Shown: positions 25,973 through 38,471 of the stretch, piece after piece
Layout of the letters: each line of letters starts with the position of its first letter
Position numbering within the stretch: position 1 is the stretch's first letter
NCBI RefSeq assembly: GCF_009834535.1
Contig: NC_045696.1
Location: 29,204,001 to 29,268,000 of the forward strand
From: Camelus ferus
Taxonomy: Eukaryota
Reading direction: 5' to 3'
DNA: 64,000 bases
Position numbers and translations under genes: made by a program
Notes under the pieces: generated by a model
The model's database searches: none
What the model was told of the DNA's origin: nothing
The model's input: the letters and a program-made list of their open reading frames with translations, nothing else

Positions 25973-26068
25973 AAAAACTCAAACTGTAGAAAAATATTTA
26001 TGTATAAAGAGGAAATACAAAAAAACTCAAACTGTAGAAAAATATTTATGTATAAAGAGGAAATACAA
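25973..26068. repeat. Perfect 48-bp tandem duplication
   Basis: aaaaactcaaactgtagaaaaatatttatgtataaagaggaaatacaa x2. Confidence 0.95.
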
Positions 26069-29000
26069 CCTTGAGTAGACTCTCTAGGCTGCCAGTTTTA
26101 AATCAAAATGAATCAAATGTTACCTTTGGGGAGAAGTCTTGATTTTATATCACAGTATCCCCAAGGGCAGGGGTAGAAGCTCAGTAAATGCATGTTGAAT
26201 TGACTTTCAGCACTTTGAGAAAAGTAACTCTTCTGGGAATTGAGGTTTTACTTCACCCTCAGTTTTTCTCAGCCTTTCCCACCAGAGAGAAAGAGAGAAC
26301 ATTATTTCTAATATATGCTTTACATTTTCCAAGGTTTTCTTAAATTTTAACATTTCACAATGGTTTGGTCACTAATTCTAATTTTTTTTCAGATTTAATG
26401 ACAGAAAAAAATGAAAAGAAAGAAATTAAATATAATTAAAAAAGGGAAAAATGAATGGAAAGAAATGCTTGGAAGGACTGAAAAACTGAAAAGAAGTGGC
26501 AAGGAGTTTTCTGACACAGTAAGAGAATATGAGTTTGTATTTGTATAACTACACACGCACACATATATGCATATATACCCCCTACACCTGGGATTCATAT
26601 GTTGTCACAAAATTAAATGCCCACTACTTCAGGAATTTCCACTAGGTTAGCGAATTTAAGTTGCAGAAATTACTATATTTGGAGATTTCTAAATAGTAGA
26701 AATGTGTAATAAATATTTTTAAAACTATTTAAAAAAAATTTGCTCTCGAGATCACAAACTCTTTGAAATATGCTTACTTTTCTAATACAAAATGCAGAAA
26801 ACTGTCTGCCTTTATTAAAAAATCAAAACTTTTAGAAAGATATTTATTATCACAATATACACAGCATTTGTATTGTCATAAATTTTGATTATTTCAATTT
26901 TATAATTAATAATAATAATAATAAAATGTTTAGAAGATAAAGAGCTGTGAAAGTGTCGGAAATAGTTTCACATTTTACATTTTATTAATGTATGTATAAA
27001 TATGTCATATTTATCATTCATCATATATGAAACTGGATTAATAACTTTCATTTCCATATTTGAAATCACATCTCATAATTTTGATTTGTTTTTTGTGTGT
27101 ATAAAGCAAAGACATGATGATGGTCTCAAAGACTTGTAAAGCTTGTTCTGTCAAGGCTAATATTTACCCAGAATGTTTTTCTTTTTAAATGTCAGATTAG
27201 TCATCTTGGAATTAGTACAGCTTTCAAAAATTCTAATATTTATACAGATTTTTCTCCTGATAGATGCCATGTTGAAGACAGTGGGCTGTTATCCCTTGGT
27301 GAACAGATTATTTATGACTTGACTATGTAAAACCGAACTAACACATTCAAAACATGAGTAAGTAAACTGAGAGTCATCAAGTGAGGATATACTGGTAAAT
27401 CATTCCTAGGTGGCCATTGACTTGTGGAAAATATGGCCTCCTTTTTTATCCTTCATTCTATTCAATCAAGGTATAAATGACTTAAGTAACTAGAGACAGA
27501 AAATTTTCCTTCAGAGGAAAAAAGATTAATAAATTCAGTGAAAACTAAACAAAATAAATGTCAAATATCTCACATACTGAAAAATTCTGATGAATATTAG
27601 ATTATTTCCTATTGACTGCAAAATGTTCTGAGCTGGGTTTTGGGGATTTTTTTTTTTAACAGTATCTGAACACACTAAATGTGGTAGTTTTCTTTATTAT
27701 ATGTCTGATACAGAGTTTTGCACCCTAAAAACATTTTATCAGTATCTTTCCATCACAACAAAAGCCCAGCTGGTTATTCATGTGCTGTTCAGAAGACTAA
27801 GTAGGTAATTAACCATTTTTTACTTTAGCTCCTCACCAAAATCCGAATGATCTATGGGATCCAAACATCCTTTTTTTTTTTTTTAACTTCCACTGCTTAA
27901 TAAAGAAAACCATAATTTAAATATGCAGTGTAGTGACTACCTTTTAATGATAAATAAAGTGTGCTTTTTTGTTTGTCCTATTAAGTCCATTTCCCCAGCT
28001 GCAAAATTCTCTGGGGGCTTAGTTGGTTTATTGGGAAGTAGTTATTAGTAGCACCAGGGTTTACTACATAAACTGTGCCCAAAACAACCACCACCACAAA
28101 TCTTCCTTGGCTATAGTCAGTGACAGGAAATTGTTAAATTTCAGATCTACATAAGGACTCATTTAGCATGCACAATTTATTTTCAATCAGCCAGAGAGAT
28201 GTCAAAGTTCGTAATCATGAGTCAACCTCTTGTCTGCAAGAACAAAACACACCTATCTACATAGACCCAGGATGCGTGCAAATGCTATTTTAATTTGGAT
28301 GTAGTCATTTGATATTTATGAAGTCTGCACTGTGCAGAATGCTCATATGATCTCTGCTCTATATGAGATAGTGTTTCTTCATAATTTTGATATGTAAATA
28401 CCGATTCATAAATTTCCAAATCAGATATTAGATGATGCATAACTCAAGCCATCACAGCAGGCTTTTCTTCACCAACTCAATGATGATAATTTTTACAAGT
28501 TCTAGAGGATTTATATGGGAACCTACATCTGGAGAAGTAACTGAGTGGGATGCTGTCAAAAGTATAGCTGAGAAGATAGAAGAAACTCAAGCCCTACAAC
28601 GGTAGCCAGGGAATCCTTCATAAAAATTAGATCTATAAATAGCCAAAGCAATGCAGGATTAGATTGTGATTGATGATTAGGGAAATAAGGGGTCAAAATG
28701 AAGCTTAGAAAAATAGCTAAGTTAGGATAGCAAGATGGTGTTTGTATTTATCTTTCCTACAAGGTAGCAGAAACACATTGGAGTAGGGGGAAAAATTTAG
28801 ATGATCTAAAAGGCACTTTTTGTAATGATCATGAATGTTTCACTAGACTCTATCCTATATGAATGAGAAATTCCTTCCTAATACCTCCATTTTGTTTTGA
28901 TTCAAAATGTATTCATCTAGCAATTGCAAAGCCCTGTGATACTGAGGAGGATATCCCCCAGGGTACTAGGGACAAAGATTCTTGGAGATGGAAAGCTTCT

Positions 29001-29249
29001 CAAAGATTAAGATGGAACACGCCTGATTCATACGCTGGCCCTTTATGCATTATATTAATGTTAGTCCCTGCCTGCATAACATTAGCTTTAAATGAATTAA
29101 TAGACAATTGTCTTGAAAACTCCAAAACTAGCGATCAGACACTGAAGCAAAACAACCTCCATCAAAGTATAGCCTTTAAGTCAAGACATGTTTGTGAAGT
29201 CAGCTGGCCTCCCTGGATAGCATTAGCATGAACTTCTCACTCATTAGAA

Positions 29250-29545
29250 TTTCACTGAGGGCAGGAGTCATGTCTTATTAAAGTTGGTGTCACTAGCCCT
29301 GAGCAAGTGCCAGTTGCATAGCAGGTGCAAAGTATAGTGCTACGACATGATTGGATGAATGTCTCTAAGTTGTTTTTCTCTAAATGTGATGCATATATTC
29401 ATTGTGTTATCAGCTTCTCAAACCTTTAGTTTTAATCTAAATTTGGTTCCCTTAACAAATATTTGTTGGGTACCTATTATATACCAGACACCGTTCTAGA
29501 CGTTTGGGGTACATAAATGGACCAAAGAGTCTTATCTTTGTGAAA
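29250..29545. mobile_element. Two L2 3' fragments tail-to-tail
   Basis: gagggcaggagtcatgtctt...gatgaatg (+) and aacaaatatttgttgggtacctattatataccagacac (-). Confidence 0.55.
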
Positions 29546-29980
29546 ATGACTTAATCCCTATCATTTAAGGATTCTATCTTCTGTCTCTGATCACCCTCGT
29601 ATTGTCTTCCTCACTTACTCATTTCTCTAAATTTCAACCTCTCTGCGCAGCTATGCCTGTTTCTTTGCTGTCATGCATATTTTGAATTATTTAATATTTA
29701 TCTGGCATATATATTATAACATATATAAAATACATATAAATCAGTATAGTTTTTCAATATGCTTTATACATGCTTATAGCTTTATACATACAATATGAAT
29801 TTATATATTTGCTAGAGGAATACATGAAATAATTGTATGTATAAACTTCATATTTCCAGTTAAACTATAATAACTTTCATGGCAGTGAATATATCTTAGC
29901 ATAAAGTCCAGTGGTCTCTTTTGAACAAAGCAAACCTCTAGGTGTTTCTAAAACATACTATGTGGGTGCAACATCTACTG

Positions 29981-31870
29981 ATGTCCTAGGCTAGGTTTTC
30001 TCCCCAAAATAACTTTGATATGGAGAAAAGTCTGCAGAGGTATATTGGGAAGTGCTCTCAGCACAATACCTGTGAGGAAATGAGGGCAGGAAAATTGGAC
30101 AGAGGCAGGAATTGAATTTTCTCTGCAATTGCAATGGGTGCATCAAACTTGGCAAGCTCTGGAACCAAGATGGCCCTTTAGAGGCCAACTGTCCCTAATT
30201 GAAGCAAGGGAGTTGGGCTTTGAGCTTCCATGTTTGATGAACATTGAATTTGAGGGACTGAGAGTCATCAGTTGGCAACACCCAATGGCAGCTGAGAAAT
30301 GTGTGCCTTGGAGCTGACTAAGAAGATCTGAGCAGTGGACCGTATCATCCCCTGCCCTGCACCCCAGGGCTGCTTCAATCCCTTTGCTTCATTTTAGAAG
30401 TTCAGTGTATCTGAAAACATCTCCGGGATTCTGGATAGGAACTTTTCCCTCTTCTATTAGCATTTCAAGATCCAGTTTCCCCACCACCACCCTCGCTGGC
30501 CCCTCAGCAGGTCTAGGTGGGTATCCCATACCTTTATTCCCAAGGACTCTAGTCACCTATGATTTTCTCTGGCCATAGCTGAGGCACTTTTTATTTACTA
30601 TCAAAATTGGGGAAGGAGTATCAAAGACTACTTGTGGATCACTTGGGAGCCATATATCATACATATTCTTCCCTTCTCCCAATATTTAGGGGCAGTTCTA
30701 ACACCTCCTCTGGTTAAGGTCAATTATCCCTATCAGCATGGTGATTTCTTTCCTTGCTTATTGGTCTCTTGCTAGAGGAGTCTGAAATGACCCAGTGGCA
30801 GACACAGCTGAAACTGAAATGGGACTTGTATTGTGTCCTCTGGCAGAAGCATTCCACTTTGGAGACTCAAAGTCCCTACACTCACAGAGCTGAGCATTGC
30901 AGAAATGAAAAGCACAAATTCCCCAAGTGGGTCATTGGGAATGATGGTAAATGAGAACATTTTTACTTCTGTCCCTTGTTCCTGGATCCAGTGTCCTCCT
31001 GTTTATCCTTTTGAGGAAACAGATTTTCTATACTGTGTCTTGAAAACTGGCACCCTATCCTCTCCAGATATCATCTCTAAACCGGCAACTCAGCCATGCT
31101 TATCACAGTTCTACATTGTTCTCCCAAACCAGCAGCCCCTGGGTGTATGATAGGACCAGTGGATGCCGTGTCATGGCTTTAATGCAAGTAGCTTGATCTT
31201 TCCTGATGTTACACAGGATCCAGTTAGTGAATTAATCTATTTGTAAATCTGCAGGTAGAAAGACTGACCCAGACTGCAGCAGGACCAGCTACATAATTTG
31301 CTGAGCACAAGCAAAATGAAAAGGTGGGGTCCCTTGTTCAACAGTTCTGAAGAATTGTAAGGTGGCAACAGAATAACATTAAACCAAGTATGGGGCCCTT
31401 CTGAGCTTGGGCCCTGTGTGACTAAGCAGGTCGAATGACCATGAAATTAGTCAGATTATAGGAATGATAAATCCATGATGAAGTATGTGTTGATTCCTAG
31501 CAAAACAAATCACTGCTCTTTCCAGGGAGGAAGAGGTTAAATGTAATTAATTTGCTACCATGTGGCTGGTATCAAGTCATTGTGCCACAGGTCTCAGCAC
31601 TGCTCTCTTTTGTTAAGAGATCGGGTATCAGCAATGCCAGATTCGCCTTGGTGGAAGACGCCAATGCTGTCAGGCCCATGCATAGCTTGCATCGCTGTCA
31701 CCACAGCTATGCTATTCATGCACCCATTGTGCCAGAATTGGGTTGGTCCGTGTCAGAGGCTGCCAGACATCAACTGGTTGAGTCATTTTTGCATAGTTGA
31801 TTATTTAGCACACTCTTTCTAACTCTGGTGAGAGTTAACATACCACACAAAAATGTTAAAACACCCCAGA
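29981..31870 (-). mobile_element. ERVL provirus remnant: 3' LTR (~29981-30350) plus internal sequence with pol/integrase relic
   Basis: Minus strand 31470-31860 translates FVWYVNSHQ, KMTQPVDVWQPL, AQWVHE*HSCG..YAWA*QH, W*QINYI*PLPPWKEQ*FVLLGINTY, matching ERV-L RNaseH/integrase motifs (AQWAHEQSGHGG, WQVDYIGPLPSWKGQRFVLTGIDTY). Confidence 0.85.
31280..31455 (-). mobile_element. MER45A (hAT-Tip100) inserted in the ERVL internal region
   Basis: caggaccagctacataatttg...attaaaccaag...ggggcccttctgagc..gggccctgtgtgact is the reverse of the recalled MER45A consensus. Confidence 0.8.
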
Positions 31871-34826
31871 GGTCTATCTACACACCTCTCCCTCAGAACT
31901 GGATGTTCCCTACCTCTCCTCCTCCAGGCCCCAGAACAACAAACCAAGCCATTCACTGTGGCCCATGACTTCTTACATATTTTATCTCAAACAACTAGCC
32001 TTTCCATTCGCAGTGTATTATCAGGTGCACTGCATAAAGCTCCACTCATTGAGAGAACCTATGATATAGCCAGCCTTTGAGGCCACGCCTGGTTTGAGCT
32101 CTCACGCAAAAGCAGTTCATTTTCAGCCCAAGTAGCAGCACTACTTGCACCACAGCCCGGACCTTCTTCAGGGCTCTTTTCTGGATCTGTCTCAAACTAG
32201 AAGTGTTCGGTGTTACTCAGTAAATGGATTAGAGAAGTATTTCTAAATGTAGAATCTGCTGCTCTCAAACCCAAAGAGACCTACAGGGTGTTTGCTTCCT
32301 TCTTAATGGTGGGAGGTATAGGATGCAGTAATTCGGCTTTTACTTTGGAGGGAATCCCTAGCATGTCACAGAGCACTAATGCGATGCATCCCTAAATCCT
32401 TGCAGGTTTTTTCCCCCACTTTATGGCATGTCTATGTATTTAAAATGCTTTCAACATACTTGCAAATTCTTGCTCATCTGGTCTGATTACACGGTATAAT
32501 CAATAGAGTGAAACATTGTGTTGTCTGCTGATGTCTAAACTACAGGATGAAGGAGAGTGCACACAGACTCGGGGCAAGACTGCAGATATATCCCCTCTCT
32601 GCCACGTGTGAATGTGAACCACTTCTGGCTCTCCTTACTCATGGGAACAGAAAAGATGCATTTATCAAATCAATGGCCACATCCCAGGCACCTGAATCCA
32701 CGTTAACATGCTCTAGCTGAGATACGGCCTGAAGCGCAGCAGCTGCAAAAGGAACAAATACTTGCTTGAATTTTCAGTAGTTCACTGTCATCCTGTATCT
32801 GTGTTTGGTGGTGGCCAGACTAGCAAATTAAATGGAGGTGGCATGCGAATCACTGTATCTGCATTCTTTAGAAGTGTCACTGATAATTAGATCTTAATTT
32901 ACCATATTGGCTGTGGATTCAGTTTGAAGGACTTTCACTTGGTTTTCCTTACTCTGTCTGCTCTTATACTATAAGCAAAGAAACTGAAGCCAAGGTTTTG
33001 CCAATAACCAAAGATGTCCGTTCCACACTCCAGATTGAAGAAAGGACTCCTGGAGAGGTCCATGAACACATCTGAGCCAGGACTCCATTTATTACCTGAC
33101 TCTTGTCTGTCTCTTGTATGAAGGGAAATTGTAATATGGTACACGAATAAGAAAAATGACCAAGAAGTAATAGTAAGAAGGAGTTTCAATAAAAATATGC
33201 ATATGAGGTCATTAGTGTTCACCAATACAGTTAACACTCTCCCTTCCAGTAAGCATTTCCTATGAAGTACCATGGTACCTGGGATATCACATGGATGTTC
33301 GAGTCTATGAATAAATTCGTCTATTTTAAACAAACACAAAGAAAAGAGAAATTTAAAAATCAGATACTTTGTTTTATAAATTATTTCTAATTTTACATTT
33401 CAAAACTCCTACGGAGCAGTTGGGAGGTTTTACTCATACAGAAACATATGTTTAAAGCCCATTTTATACTCAGTGGATATTTAGATTACTGGAGGTAAGA
33501 GAAAGATAAGAATCAGGAAAGTACTAAAGAGATATCCTAGAGAGGGAGAGGCTTAGAAATCAAGAGGTACAATTTCATCTCATCTAAATTTGCTATCCCA
33601 TCCCCATCCAATCACCCCATATTACAACCATGTTCTTTTTCCTGAAGGTATGTTCTGAAAAACATACGAATCTGCAATCATGTCTTTTCTTTCATTTTTG
33701 TTAACTCATCTCATATATTTTCTGTCTGGTACATGTTTCTATTTCCAGTGCTCCAAACACTGCCTGGCATTTAGTAGGCCTTCAGTAAATAAAGACAGAC
33801 TAAATGAGTGCAGGCACATGCCAGGATCTGAGAGTACAAACCTCAGTCCTGGTCCTTGTGGAACAATCCTTTAGTGTGCAAGACGATGTTTCCAATCACA
33901 CTGTAATAATACCAGGCAAAAGCAAGATAACTGGAGCAAGCACAAGGAATTCCAATGATCTGGTGCTGCAAAATTAGCCTCTGTGAACGGAGTATCATCT
34001 AACCTAAGACCCAGAAGGCGAGCAGGAGTTACAGAATCTATGTACGGAGCCTGACTGAGTTGTGGTACGAAAGGAGTGAGCACCCAGACAAAGCATTACA
34101 GCTGATGCGGAGGCCTGGGGCCGAAAGGGAGTTGGGCACACAGCATTTGGTTCAGTCCAATTCTCTAGATGTATTTATATTTTTGGTATTTTGTAGTCTT
34201 CAAATTCCCATGCTTCAGAATGCTAAAAAGCAACAGACACTGAAAATAATAAACATGATTTATATTTGGTACTGCACATTTATAACAGACACTTTCATCT
34301 TTACAAAAGCTGAAGAAATAATCTTCGTGGACAAAGTTTTGATTCTATAAGGTACTATATTCCATTTCATCATGTCTTCCACTAATGTTTATAATAATAA
34401 ATAGGTTATCATACTAATTCATCAAAGCAACATTTCAGGAAACCATGTGAAAACTAATACTATGATAATGTGTGTCTATTACACGCTACCTTGAGGGGAA
34501 AATCCATAAGTAGTAATTCTGTGCTATGAAGACATTTCATATTACAAAATGGCAGAGGCTGAAAGTTAAAACCTTTACCAGTTATAGGCAGGTTGAGTTA
34601 TTTTCCTGATACAGCTGTATGTCCATGATCCATTAGATTAAGAATAACTTAAAGAAACATTTTTGAATGTATGTATTTACCACTTTTCGAGCAATTGAAA
34701 GTGCAACATGTTATTTTATACTTCTAAATTCATATCTAATATTTTGATTAATATATGTATATATAATTAATACATACATTAATTATACTACCATAATAAT
34801 ACATGTGTATATAATCACTAATATTA

Positions 34827-34851
34827 CTATATATATATATATATATATATA
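34827..34851. repeat. (TA)n microsatellite
   Basis: Direct reading. Confidence 0.9.
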
Positions 34852-36344
34852 AACGCTGGAAAATTCCAACAGATGCTTTGTTAGAGATTTGTCTCTTGGC
34901 TTGTGCTGATCTTAAAAGACAATGCAAGAAAAATCCTGATTTGGCTCGAAAGTCTTTTCAGTATTCTGAAGCTATTGCTTTTCCATCTTGACTATGAGAA
35001 CCACTGCCCAGAGAGAAAAACACCACAGTTCTACTATTATCTGGTCTGAGTCTTTAGCAACCTTAGGAGCAAAATAATTTTAAGTTTAAAAAAATATAGA
35101 AAGAGTATAATGTCCTTTCACTGTTCTTTTATGTTGGTGTTTGGAGCCTAAAAGGAAGGGAAAGAATGCTGCAACGGTGGTGATATGAGCGGCACTGAAC
35201 AATGTTGTTTTATATGCAACGATGATGCGTAGCGGAAGAAGCCAAAATGAGTCAGACGACGGTATATCAAGTCCGTTTTCCTCGTTTTGATTCAGAGGTT
35301 TTTCGCTAAAAATCACAAGCCAGTCTTAGTGGCAAGCTTCAGAAAACTTGCACAGCTCTGATAAGAAAGGACATCGCTCATAAATATTCATTAAAAATTA
35401 CCTTTTCTGGATCATGAATTTTTCAAGCAGACACTGATTTGACCTCTACAAGGTACAAAATCCAGCCTATAGTGGAGTGTCTCCTATTTCTGACAAAAAA
35501 AAAAAAAAAAAAAGGTGAAAAATTGGTTTTCCCAGCTAAGCAGCTACTTTGTACACCGTGTGAGGTCCGAGGTCAGTTACCTCTGCGCTTCACACACTTG
35601 AGCATTAATATTCATTCAAATTACAATCTTTAAATTCTAAAGTCCTGTTCATACTTCTCTGAAAAACTGATTGTAAGGCAGGCCAGGGTTTGCATTTTAA
35701 CTAATTTTTAAAGTAACTTCATCTAACTTCTGTTGCTAAAAATGTATGAATTCAGTAATTTTCTCTAGGAAAAAAAGTCACATCTGCCTGTTTTGAATTT
35801 ATATGCCCTCTCACTAAGGATAAAAGCCACATTTTTCCTGATAATTATCTGCAGAGTGGGTGAATGGACAGAAGCATCCACATTTATGTCTATCAGAGAG
35901 CTACTGTGGGTATTTCACCTTCATATAGCCCTACGTAGTTCATACACACGAAAGGAGCTTTGCATTATTTGGGGGTATGTTTTTTGCTTCCATTGTTATT
36001 CCTACAGTATCTCAGTAGGGTAGGCAGCATTACCACCTGCACTGTTTAAATAGAGTAACCGACAGGTAGAACATGAATTATGATAGCTAATAGTGTGCAA
36101 ACTTAGCATCTGAATCAGAATGTTTTCCCAGAACCTTATCATTGGTTCTTGTTTCAGTTTAAATTCTAGGGATATTGTACTCAAGGTCCAGGACCCGTAT
36201 GTGGGTTACTTTAAAGAATGACAAAAAAAAAAAAAAAAAAAAAAACTAGTCAAAATAACCCTTCAAACACTATATAGCTCAAGCTACTGTGGAGTAATTT
36301 TGATTTTTCTTATATAGCTACTCAGCCATAAAAGTTTTCTTATT

Positions 36345-36520
36345 ACATCTGGATTCTAATCCCTGCTCCTTCATTTTCTGGATTTGTGACCTGGGAAATA
36401 TATTTTAACCTCTCTATGCCTTGCTTTCCCCTATGAAAATGGAAGAAGGGGAGTACCGGTTTAGAGGATTGACAAGGCACCTCAATTTATTTTTGGCACT
36501 CAAATAGTTACTATTTAGTA
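36345..36520 (+). mobile_element. MIR SINE
   Basis: tgtgacctggg...ttaacctctctatgcct...ctatgaaaatgg core. Confidence 0.65.
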
Positions 36521-37069
36521 TAAAATGAACTTGAATACTGTGTGACTTAGCACAAAGACTGGTAATAGCACTTGTACTGAGAAGCAGTCTCCAAGAGAAA
36601 TGGAAACGTGCCAGATTGGAGTTTCCACCGCTTCCCACCCCTTACTCACCCTTGGGGGGAAATATCTTCAAGGGAAGCAGAAGAGAATAGTTGGTTGGGT
36701 GAGAGTCCCCACTTATGTTAGTTTCTTCACTGTTTATTAATAACCCAACCCACACTACCTCCTTAGGTGCTCATCTGATCAGCACAGGGCCATTCGCTGA
36801 GGGTGGAGCCTGTGTATTATTTCTGTGGTCACGGTGATTTAATAAGCCAAGTGTTGATGCTGCATCTTGTTGACCCCTCTCTCCCTAAGTTTTTGTACGG
36901 TTGTTTTTAGACACAAGGATGCTTAGCCTATCCTCCTTAGATCTGATGACTCTGGCCTCAACCCCACTCCTCCCATGTTGGAGTGTGAATCAAGAAGCAG
37001 AAGTTACACAAGAGAGGCTGAGGACCAGTCTGGAGCTCCTCCCCCTACCACTCAAGGACGTCTGTACAC

Positions 37070-37257
37070 TAGGGCTGCCAGATTTAATGAAGGAAAACAC
37101 ACAACATCCAGCTACAATTGAGTTTTAGATGAACGGTAAAATTTTTAGCATAGGTATGCCACATGCAATATTCATGACGTACTTAGAATAAAAGTTATTT
37201 GTTTTAGCTATTTGTTCAAATGTAACTAGGTGTCCTGTACTTTATCTGGCAACCCTC
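37070..37257. mobile_element. MER53 palindromic hAT MITE
   Basis: TIRs tagggctgccagat...atctggcaaccct; central palindrome resembles MER53. Confidence 0.85.
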
Positions 37258-37545
37258 TTGAGTAGCCCAAGTCCATTCAAAGAATCTTCTGCATGAAGGA
37301 AATAATTGCTTTTGACCTTTTGTCCATTAACCTCCTTTCTCATGCAGAATGGCAGAAGACCTCAACATAGTGTGACTACTTTTCTATGCTTCCAGATTAT
37401 GTCATCAATATAAATCATCTGATAAATCTGTCATGCTTTTATTTCCACTGTGGCGTCACATGTTACTGCAGGTGTGAGGCTATATATTCACCAACTAAGT
37501 CAGAGTTCCTTAGCAGATAAAAATACACTTAAAGATTTATTAAGA

Positions 37546-37615
37546 TGTATGACTGAAACACGCTGTACACCAGAAACTGACACAACATTGTAAACTGTCT
37601 ATACTACAATAAAAT
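37546..37615 (+). mobile_element. Very short L1 3' tail
   Basis: gctgtacaccagaaactgacacaacattgtaaac..tatactacaataaaa. Confidence 0.7.
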
Positions 37616-38149
37616 CACATTCCTTATCTTGAAAAAAAAAGGAAAAAGAGAAAGAAAAAAGAAGAAAACGTCACATTGGTGGCTCTTATACATTCTCCCA
37701 GCAAATCCATTTTGGTCTGTTTTTCTTCCACTTCTGGAACACTTTGCTATTATGCCCTTGTTGTTCTTGTTCTTGTTTTTGCTGCTGTTGAGCATCAAAT
37801 AAAGTAGGAGGTTTGATGTTGGAGCCATGTTGTGTAAGAAGTATGTCATTAATCTTTGGCTCCTGATAGTCATCAAAAAAATTTAATGTAATTTTCAGAA
37901 TAAATTTAACATCTTGCCAGAAATATTTTATTTTGTTTTATATTGTAAGGAAAAGACATTATGGAGAAAGAAAGGGAATAAAGAAAGAAGGAAGGAAGGA
38001 GCAGGGAGGGAAGAAGGAAGGAAGGAAGGAAAAAGGAAGAAAAGAGAAGAGCTTTCAGAACTCTAGTGTTGTGAGCTATCATTATTTTTCTGAAAGTAAC
38101 CAATGAAGTCCACAAATACATAGTGATAATATGAAATGTTAATTCATTG

Positions 38150-38438
38150 AGAAATGTCATGAAATAAGAATCAATATATCACAAAAAATAAACAATATCT
38201 GTTTAGTGAATATTAACATATGGTATCTTAAAAACAAGTGCACAAAATTTGGATGAGTAAACTTTATACTAGGGTAGGTCTAAAAATCACTTTAAAGATG
38301 GCACCTCTTAGGGAGTAATGGAAATGTTAGCTATCTTGATTGTGGTAGTGGTTTCATTGGTGTATACACCTATCAAAATTTGTCAAATTGTACATCTGAA
38401 ATATGTGTAGTTTACTGTACAGGAACAAACCAAAAAAA

Positions 38439-38470
<32 letters not shown>

Positions 38471-38471
38471 A
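38150..38471 (+). mobile_element. Old L1M 3' end followed by A tract and (GAA)n
   Basis: atggaaatgtt..tatcttgattgtggtagtggtttca...tcaaattgtaca typical of L1MB/MC 3' ends. Confidence 0.65.

Noticed and set aside
29250..29545. Tail-to-tail L2 pair as a miR-28/151-type hairpin
   Set aside because: Tails are ~90 bp apart and poorly complementary
32935..33339. 134-aa minus-strand ORF
   Set aside because: No recognisable domain or clean exon boundaries; consistent with chance
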